Shown here: in pieces, positions 10,171 through 16,193 of the stretch
Position numbering within the stretch: the stretch's first letter is position 1
Layout of the letters: each line of letters opens with the position of its first letter
IMG/VR virus record: IMGVR_UViG_3300048572_000010
Location: 1-32,602 of that record
Direction: 5' to 3' (one strand)
Length of the DNA stretch: 32,602 bases
DNA from: a virus
Taxonomy: Duplodnaviria; Caudoviricetes
Made by a program: the position numbers and the translations under genes
Notes under the pieces: model-generated
Told to the model about the DNA's origin: nothing
The model's database searches: none
Seen by the model: only the letters and a program-made list of their open reading frames with translations

Positions 10171-10593
10171 ATTTCTTATCTTGGCAACTCTCCGGTAAGT
10201 GGTGCAATACGAAGTCAGTTCTTTTCAGGAACAGGCTCAACCACAACTTTCAATTTAGCACATGAATATGGCAATGAAGCATCTGTATTAGTCTTTATCA
10301 CTGGTGTTAAACAGAAGACTGATTCATATGCGGTAATCAATGGTCAAATAGTTTTTACAACTGCACCGCCAAGTGCAACAGATAACATTGAAGTTATTTA
10401 CCTTGGTGGTTCTGTCGTAACCACACCTTATTTGGCAGCAGATACATATGGTATAGTCAGAATAAATGCTTCTACATTAACAACCAATGTCAGCATCACA
10501 ACAGGTTATAATGCGTCCTCTGCCGGCCCTTTAACAATCGCAAACAATGTTACTGTAACGGTGGCAAATAATTCCACTTGGACAATATTTTAA
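10171..10593 (+). CDS. Adaptor-like virion protein with apparent ATT start (missed by the ORF track), 140 aa
   Basis: Translates (I)SYLGNSPVSGAIRSQFFSGTGSTTTFNL...VFITGVKQ..Y....QIVFTTAP...SAGPLTIANNVTVTVANNSTWTIF*. The N-part is paralogous to 3327 (MAYIG.., FSGDASTTAFTL) and the C-part to 4894. In-frame TGA at 10162; SD TAAGGTGA 6 nt before the ATT. Confidence 0.85.
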   Translation: MSYLGNSPVSGAIRSQFFSGTGSTTTFNLAHEYGNEASVLVFITGVKQKTDSYAVINGQIVFTTAPPSATDNIEVIYLGGSVVTTPYLAADTYGIVRINASTLTTNVSITTGYNASSAGPLTIANNVTVTVANNSTWTIF

Positions 10594-10601
10594 GGTAAAA
10601 A

Positions 10602-11963
10602 ATGGCTGGTAAATTAATAGTTGATACGATTGATACAGATAATGCGTTTATAACATTAAACGTACAGCAATCTCAAATTGCTACCATGAATGTTTCTGGT
10701 ATCTTTAGCAATACTGGTGTTAAGATGATTGGTGCCAATGGTACTGTAAGTAATACTGCAATCACTGGTTTAGTTACAGCATCTCAAATTGCTAATGTTG
10801 CTAATACACAACTGACTGGTACAATTACCGGTTCACAAATCTCCAGTAACACTTTAAGTAATACAGTTTTCCAGACCGGTTCTGTTGAAAACTATATGAA
10901 TTCACAAAATTTGGGATTTGGTATGAGGAACCGCATCATCAATGGTGCGATGGTGATTGACCAGAGAAACGCAGGGGCTAGTGTTACTATACCTACCATT
11001 AACCCACAGTACACATTAGACCGATGGGCTATACAGTCTTCTCAAACGTCAAAAATATCAATACAACAAAACGCAGGCGCAGTAACACCTCCAACTGGTT
11101 TTACTAAATATCTTGGGGCAACTTCTTTATCTGCGTATTCTGTTTTAAGTGGTGATTATTTTTCTATTAGGCAATGTATTGAGGGGTTTAATATTGCAGA
11201 TTTAGGTTGGGGTGCGGCTGGCGCATCATCAGTTACTTTATCGTTTTGGGTGTATTCAAGTTTGACAGGGACTTTTGGCGGTTCTCTTACAAACAACACA
11301 TTTGTTTATTCTTATCCATTTACATACACAATATCATCAGCAAATACTTGGGAACAAAAAACATTAACTGTCGCTGGTCCAACAGCAGGAACTTGGGAAA
11401 CAGGTAGTAGTGCTGGTATATATATTACTTTAGGTCTTGGTGTTGGTTCTACATACAGCGGAACAGCAGGGGCATGGGCGGCATCAGGTTATCTCTCAGC
11501 CACAGGCGCTACATCAGTAGTAGCAACAAATGGCGCAACTTTCTACATCACAGGCGTACAACTAGAAAAAGGCAGTACAGCAACGAGTTTTGATTACAGA
11601 CCTTATGGTACGGAAGAGAGTTTGTGCCAGCGGTATTATTACAAAACAAAAGCGGCAACTAGTAGTGATTTGTTTGCTGTTGGTTGGTGCGTTTCTACAA
11701 CTGTTGCCGCAGTAAGCGTACCATTTCCTGTATCAATGAGAACTAACCCGACTGCACTAGAACAATCGGGTACTGCGGCTAATTATCAAACTGTTTTTGC
11801 GGCATCTGCGGCTGCTTTATCTGCCGTTCCTGTATTTACAACAGCTTCTACAAATAGTGCAAGGGTTGAATGTACAGTAGCAAGTGGCTTAACTGCTGGT
11901 CAAGGAGTGGGATTAAGGGCTGGTTCAACATCTGCATACTTAGCATGGAGTGCCGAATTATGA
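10602..11963 (+). CDS. Receptor-binding protein with carbohydrate-binding-like domain (RNRIINGAM...CQRYY)
   Basis: MAGKLIVDTI N-terminus, a VANT linker, a central domain paralogous to 13989..15293 and a divergent tip after CQRYY, ending SAEL. Confidence 0.75.
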   Translation: MAGKLIVDTIDTDNAFITLNVQQSQIATMNVSGIFSNTGVKMIGANGTVSNTAITGLVTASQIANVANTQLTGTITGSQISSNTLSNTVFQTGSVENYMNSQNLGFGMRNRIINGAMVIDQRNAGASVTIPTINPQYTLDRWAIQSSQTSKISIQQNAGAVTPPTGFTKYLGATSLSAYSVLSGDYFSIRQCIEGFNIADLGWGAAGASSVTLSFWVYSSLTGTFGGSLTNNTFVYSYPFTYTISSANTWEQKTLTVAGPTAGTWETGSSAGIYITLGLGVGSTYSGTAGAWAASGYLSATGATSVVATNGATFYITGVQLEKGSTATSFDYRPYGTEESLCQRYYYKTKAATSSDLFAVGWCVSTTVAAVSVPFPVSMRTNPTALEQSGTAANYQTVFAASAAALSAVPVFTTASTNSARVECTVASGLTAGQGVGLRAGSTSAYLAWSAEL

Positions 11964-12121
11964 TTTACAAGTTACTACATAAAACAATGGATGGTGTGCA
12001 AATACTTGCTCGCATTGATGATGACAATGTTTGCCGTCTAACTTGCACAGAACAACATCCAGAATATTTAGCGTGGCTTGAGTTGGGCAACACGCCTACT
12101 CCCGCAGACGAACCAAACTAA
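11960..12121 (+). CDS. Small fibre partner / putative chaperone (EYLAWL..GNTP.PAD)
   Basis: The ATG at 11960 overlaps the TGA of the upstream fibre gene and is preferred over the track start 11870. 53 aa; paralog of 15296..15448. Confidence 0.7.
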   Translation: MIYKLLHKTMDGVQILARIDDDNVCRLTCTEQHPEYLAWLELGNTPTPADEPN

Positions 12122-12124
12122 ATA
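12117..12124 (+). promoter_or_regulatory. Late promoter-like ACTAAATA
   Basis: TAAATA core overlapping a stop. The same octamer precedes gp18 and the gp67-like gene. Only 7 nt from the ATG, so the transcript would be almost leaderless. Confidence 0.35.
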
Positions 12125-12131
12125 AAATACC

Positions 12132-12773
12132 ATGAACCACTATGTTTATTTAATTGAAAAGAAAAACACTTTATCCAATCAACAGAAATATTACATAGGT
12201 GTTCGTAGTTGTGAAGGATTGATAGGTAATGATTCTTATATGGGGTCATCTAAATACCTAACAGAAGAAGTTGAAACATTGGGTGTAGACCAGTTCAATA
12301 AGATTATATTGAAAAGGTTTAGTAATAGAATGGATGCTAATCTATATGAAATTGAGATGCATGATTTTTTTGATGTTGCCAATAATACCCTTTTTTTCAA
12401 TAGAGTAAAACAAAAAGACAGAGGTTTAGGTGTAGGACCAGGTGAATTAAATCCTTTTTATGGTAAAAAACATACATTAGAATCTCGCCGAAAAATGAGT
12501 GAGATTCTAAAGACGAAAGATTGTAGAGCTAAAACTACAAACAAAGGTAAGAAATTTCCTGAAGTTGGTAAAAAAATATCAGCAGCAAGAAAAGAATGGT
12601 TTAAAACAAATCCACATCCAATGTTGGGTGTGAAAAGAACAAAAGAAATGCAAATAAATAACTCGTTAGGTGCTTTAAATCAACAGAAACATGAATGTGT
12701 TTACTGTGGTGTTGTTACTATTGCTGGTAACATTAAAAGATGGCACAATGATAATTGCAAGGATAAAGGTTAA
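12132..12773 (+). CDS. Free-standing GIY-YIG homing endonuclease with NUMOD3 and C-terminal zinc-ribbon-like motif
   Basis: HYVYLIE...KYYIGVRSC, YMGSS, FFN, NPFYGKKHTLESRRKMS (NUMOD3) and CVYCG...RWHNDNCK. Confidence 0.85.
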   Translation: MNHYVYLIEKKNTLSNQQKYYIGVRSCEGLIGNDSYMGSSKYLTEEVETLGVDQFNKIILKRFSNRMDANLYEIEMHDFFDVANNTLFFNRVKQKDRGLGVGPGELNPFYGKKHTLESRRKMSEILKTKDCRAKTTNKGKKFPEVGKKISAARKEWFKTNPHPMLGVKRTKEMQINNSLGALNQQKHECVYCGVVTIAGNIKRWHNDNCKDKG

Positions 12774-12775
12774 CC

Positions 12776-13987
12776 ATGGCAGGACAAATTAAAGTTGATA
12801 GTATAAATGCTGATTCCAATCTTGCGTTAAAGATTGCGAATACTGCCGTTGCTTTCATTGATGCAACTGGTTTAAGACCAACTAGTGGTAATGTTAACCT
12901 AGATGCTACTGCAACATCAAAACTTTATTTACCATCAGCAAACACAGTAGCAATTCAAACTGCTGGTGTTACCGGATTGAGCATAAGTTCATCGCAAGTG
13001 GTGACATTGGCTAACGCTCTACCTGTTACCTCTGGTGGTACGGGAGTAACGACTTCTACGGGTACGGGTGCGGTTGTATTAGGAACTAGCCCTACGATTA
13101 CAACTCCGACTATCAGTTCGCTTTCATCTGCATCTGCTACTGCGCTAACTTTGCAGTCTGCTGGCACTACTGCGATTACTGTTGATACTTCACAGAATGT
13201 GGGGGTTGGTACTACTAGTCCCTCTACTTATGGAAAATTAGTTTCTTTTGCAGGTGATATTGCCGCAGTTAAAGCGCATGGCTCAGGGTCATATCCAACT
13301 TTAGTTTTGCAAAATGCAACGGCAGGAACTACATTCAGCGGTCGTGTTTTATGGAAAGATGGTAATGGTAATGCTGGTTGGAATGTTGGTCAAAATGTAG
13401 CCGTAGGTAGCGGATATTTAGAATTTAATGATGGTGCTACTAACAGAATGTGTATTGACTCTAGCGGTCATGTGATGATAGGGTCTACAAGCGTTCCAGC
13501 TTTTGGAGCTGGACCACCATTGTTTGTGAAAGCCGATGGTAATGGTATCTCAGTAGGTTATGGAACCTCCTCTACTCAATACAGAATATTCTATTTTAAT
13601 GCTGGTGATGCCACTATGTATGTTCATAATGGTAGTAACTATGCTTCGTTGTCTGCCGCTGGCGCATGGACAAATGCTTCTGATGTAAGACTGAAAAAGA
13701 ACATTGTTGATATTAAATATGGTCTTGCTGATGTAGTAAAGATGCAACCTAGAAGTTATCAGATGAATGATGTTGCTGGTGACTTTGTGGGTTTTGTTGC
13801 ACAAGAACTTCAAACAGTAATTCCAGAAGTTGTATCTGGTGATCCAGAAAAACAACTTGGTGTTGACTATGGTTCTCTTGTTGCTGTTGCATTTAAAGCA
13901 ATCCAAGAACTAAAAGCAATAAACGACACACAAGCCGAAACAATCACCGCACTAACCGCCCGCATCGTGGCTTTGGAGACAATATAA
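12776..13987 (+). CDS. Tail fibre/spike protein with C-terminal peptidase S74 chaperone
   Basis: MAGQIKVDSI N-terminus; VGVGTTSP shaft motif; NASDVRLKKNI; GFVAQEL. The C-terminus is nearly identical to that of 6116..7036. Confidence 0.8.
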   Translation: MAGQIKVDSINADSNLALKIANTAVAFIDATGLRPTSGNVNLDATATSKLYLPSANTVAIQTAGVTGLSISSSQVVTLANALPVTSGGTGVTTSTGTGAVVLGTSPTITTPTISSLSSASATALTLQSAGTTAITVDTSQNVGVGTTSPSTYGKLVSFAGDIAAVKAHGSGSYPTLVLQNATAGTTFSGRVLWKDGNGNAGWNVGQNVAVGSGYLEFNDGATNRMCIDSSGHVMIGSTSVPAFGAGPPLFVKADGNGISVGYGTSSTQYRIFYFNAGDATMYVHNGSNYASLSAAGAWTNASDVRLKKNIVDIKYGLADVVKMQPRSYQMNDVAGDFVGFVAQELQTVIPEVVSGDPEKQLGVDYGSLVAVAFKAIQELKAINDTQAETITALTARIVALETI

Positions 13988-13991
13988 TATG
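13904..13991 (+). repeat. 88-bp direct repeat, copy 2 (copy 1 at 6953..7040)
   Basis: 84/88 identity by manual alignment. Confidence 0.9.
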
Positions 13992-15293
13992 GCCGGTTCA
14001 ATAACAGTAAGTTCGATTACACTAGATTCGGATAATAACTTCAGTATTAAGAGTAATACTGGTGCTACACTATTCTTTGCTAATACAAGTGGTGTTGATA
14101 TTGCCAACTCTATTGGTGCTACTGCAATTACAAGTGACAAAATTCTTTCTATTGCAAACACAAAGATTAGTGGCAACATCATTAGCTCACAGATTGCCTC
14201 TGTCAATGGTTCTGTAATCACAGCAAACACAATTGCTAACTCAGCAATTCAAACTGGTGCTGTTGAGAACTATATGAATGCTGCGGGTCTTGGTTTTGGT
14301 ATGAGGAACAGAATCATCAATGGTGCGATGGTAATTGACCAGCGTAATGCGGGGGCTAGTGTTACTAATACAACATCTAATTTGTATGTAACAGATAGAT
14401 GGAATATTTATGGACAACAAGCAAGTAAATTTACAGCACAGCAAAATGCTGGTTCTGTAACACCACCAACAGGATTTAAAAATTATTTAGGAATAACCTC
14501 ATCTTCTGCATATACAGTTCTTAGTGGTGATAACTTTAAAGTTTTGCAACCGATAGAAGGATATAACTTTGCGGATATGGGTTGGGGTGCGGCTGGTGCA
14601 TCATCAGTAACTTTATCCTTTTGGGTGCGCTCTAGTCTTACTGGAACATTTGGTGGTTCATTTACTAATTCATCATATAACCGCTCTTATCCATTCACTT
14701 ACACAATTAGTTCTGCAAATACTTGGGAACAAAAAACTGTAACTATTGCTGGCGATACTAGCGGAACATGGCTTACAACAAATGGCATTGGTGTTAATGT
14801 TATTTTTAGTATGGGAATGGGTACAGACCAAAGTGGGACTGCTGGTGCATGGGCTGGCGCAAACTATCAATCCGCAACTGGTGCAGTCTCTGTTGTAGGT
14901 ACTAATGGTGCTACTTGGTACATCACAGGCGTACAACTAGAAAAAGGCAGTACCGCAACATCTTTTGATTACAGACCTTATGGTACTGAGTTGGCTTTGT
15001 GTCAGAGGTATTATGAAATTATTGCGCCAGTTCAAGCTAGTTTTCTGATTTCAGTAAATGCAACTGCGTCAACGCAAGAATTTGAGTTTCTTATAAAGTA
15101 TTTGGTACTGAAAAGGGCTACGGCAACAGTAACACGGGTTGGAACTTGGACTGACTCTAACTCCACTGGTGTTGTGCCTTTAACATTTGGCACAGATTTA
15201 TTTTGTTTGGCATTGTTTTCTAGTGGTTCAGGAAGATGTTACACCTACAACACTGGTAGTGGTTCTTGTTTTACTGCTTCTGCGGAGTTATAA
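13989..15293 (+). CDS. Receptor-binding protein with carbohydrate-binding-like domain, paralog of 10602..11963
   Basis: [11 protein letters not shown]-terminus; shared [27 protein letters not shown] ... [30 protein letters not shown]; different tip; ends SAEL. Confidence 0.75.
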   Translation: MAGSITVSSITLDSDNNFSIKSNTGATLFFANTSGVDIANSIGATAITSDKILSIANTKISGNIISSQIASVNGSVITANTIANSAIQTGAVENYMNAAGLGFGMRNRIINGAMVIDQRNAGASVTNTTSNLYVTDRWNIYGQQASKFTAQQNAGSVTPPTGFKNYLGITSSSAYTVLSGDNFKVLQPIEGYNFADMGWGAAGASSVTLSFWVRSSLTGTFGGSFTNSSYNRSYPFTYTISSANTWEQKTVTIAGDTSGTWLTTNGIGVNVIFSMGMGTDQSGTAGAWAGANYQSATGAVSVVGTNGATWYITGVQLEKGSTATSFDYRPYGTELALCQRYYEIIAPVQASFLISVNATASTQEFEFLIKYLVLKRATATVTRVGTWTDSNSTGVVPLTFGTDLFCLALFSSGSGRCYTYNTGSGSCFTASAEL

Positions 15294-15295
15294 AA

Positions 15296-15448
15296 ATGTA
15301 TAAACTATTTAAAAATTCAGTAGGTTTAGAGTTTGTTCAGCGTTTGTCTGATGGTGCTTTCATACCTTTCGATAACGCTAACACAGACTACGCTGAATAT
15401 TTGAAGTGGGTGGCTGAAGGCAATACACCAGAACCTGCTGACGAATAA
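15296..15448 (+). CDS. Small fibre partner / putative chaperone (IPFD.ANTDY.EYL.W...GNTP.PAD)
   Basis: ATG at 15296, two bases after the upstream stop, with GGAG SD; preferred over the track start 15266. 50 aa. Confidence 0.7.
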   Translation: MYKLFKNSVGLEFVQRLSDGAFIPFDNANTDYAEYLKWVAEGNTPEPADE

Positions 15449-15467
15449 ACAATCGTCACTCAAATAT

Positions 15468-15494
15468 AGCCCCACTTCGGTGGGGTTTTTTATT
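15468..15494 (+). terminator. Rho-independent terminator with C(UUCG)G tetraloop
   Basis: AGCCCCAC-TTCG-GTGGGGTT followed by a T tract; closes the RBP array. Confidence 0.9.
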
Positions 15495-15512
15495 GCCTTA
15501 GTTTCGGTAAGA

Positions 15513-15520
15513 CATAAATA
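15513..15520 (+). promoter_or_regulatory. Late promoter-like CATAAATA
   Basis: Just downstream of the terminator and upstream of the GAGGAG SD at 15543..15548. Confidence 0.65.
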
Positions 15521-15555
15521 GAACATAATATTAATATTACCCGAGGAGAACTAAA

Positions 15556-15888
15556 ATCGCAGGTTTTGCCGAAATCAATATTGAGCAGGGTGCGTCCTTC
15601 TCAACTGTAATCACCGTTAATGATTCTACCGGTGCTTTCACAAATCTTACAAGTTATACCGCTGCGGCTCAACTTCGTAAGTCATACTACTCATCGACCG
15701 CAAATAATTTTACTGTAACAGTCAGTAATGCGGCCAATGGAGAAATTACTATGGCTATGACAGCAGCCAATACTGCAAATCTAACTCCTGGTAGAATGTT
15801 ATATGACCTCCTTATTACCAGTCCAACAAGTGTTAAAACTAGGGTAGTTGAAGGCATTGCAACTATTCTTCCTTCTGTTACACGATAA
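15556..15888 (+). CDS. Small Ig-like/BppU-N-like virion protein with apparent ATC start (missed by the ORF track), 110 aa
   Basis: Translates (I)AGFAEINIEQGASFSTVITV...NLTSYTAAAQLRKSYYSS...GEITMAMTAANTANLTPGRMLYDLLI..KTRVVEGIATILPSVTR*, a sequence type familiar from T4-like phages. In-frame TAA at 15532; SD GAGGAG 7 nt before the ATC; TAATG overlap with the next gene. Confidence 0.85.
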   Translation: MAGFAEINIEQGASFSTVITVNDSTGAFTNLTSYTAAAQLRKSYYSSTANNFTVTVSNAANGEITMAMTAANTANLTPGRMLYDLLITSPTSVKTRVVEGIATILPSVTR

Positions 15889-16136
15889 TGGCAACAACTG
15901 TAACTATTGTTAACAATGCAGCCACAACTGTATCGTTAAAGCCTGCAAACAAAACTTCTACTTCTGTTAGTGTTGCACCATCTTCTAATATTTCATTAGG
16001 TACATTAACGAATGTTGATGTTGCCAATGTTGCTGATGGTCAAGGATTAGTTTATAGTTCTGCGAATGGCAAATTTGAAGGTAAAACAATAACAGCTACA
16101 GTTACAGTAACTTCAATAGTAGGCGGTAGTTTCTAA
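15888..16136 (+). CDS. Small fibre-associated protein ending GGSF
   Basis: TAATG-coupled; LGTLTNVDV..ADGQGLVYSSANGKF motif; C-terminal IVGGSF. Confidence 0.65.
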   Translation: MATTVTIVNNAATTVSLKPANKTSTSVSVAPSSNISLGTLTNVDVANVADGQGLVYSSANGKFEGKTITATVTVTSIVGGSF

Positions 16137-16147
16137 ATCACTATTCG

Positions 16148-16155
16148 CATAAATA
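16148..16155 (+). promoter_or_regulatory. Late promoter-like CATAAATA
   Basis: Intergenic; followed by GACAATA, as is the motif upstream of gp18. Confidence 0.6.
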
Positions 16156-16193
16156 GACAATAAAATAATAAGAAACCTAACAAAGGGCAAAAA

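Noticed and set aside
9525-10176. Group I intron or ribosomal bypass supplying a start codon to the ATT gene
   Set aside because: The endonuclease ORF fills the whole interval, leaving no evident ribozyme core, and a ~645-nt hop is far longer than the 50-nt T4 gene 60 bypass.
3327-15448. Diversity-generating retroelement acting on the RBPs (Mtd_N-like domains nearby)
   Set aside because: No reverse transcriptase or non-coding template repeat in the window. Differences between repeat copies are not confined to adenines (for example GCGCTG vs GCTTTG).
3327-15448. Invertible shufflon-type tail fibre switch
   Set aside because: All modules are on the plus strand with their own starts. No recombinase or flanking inverted repeats were seen.
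15494-15514. Second TTCG hairpin after the terminator
   Set aside because: The stem has mismatches and only about four contiguous pairs.
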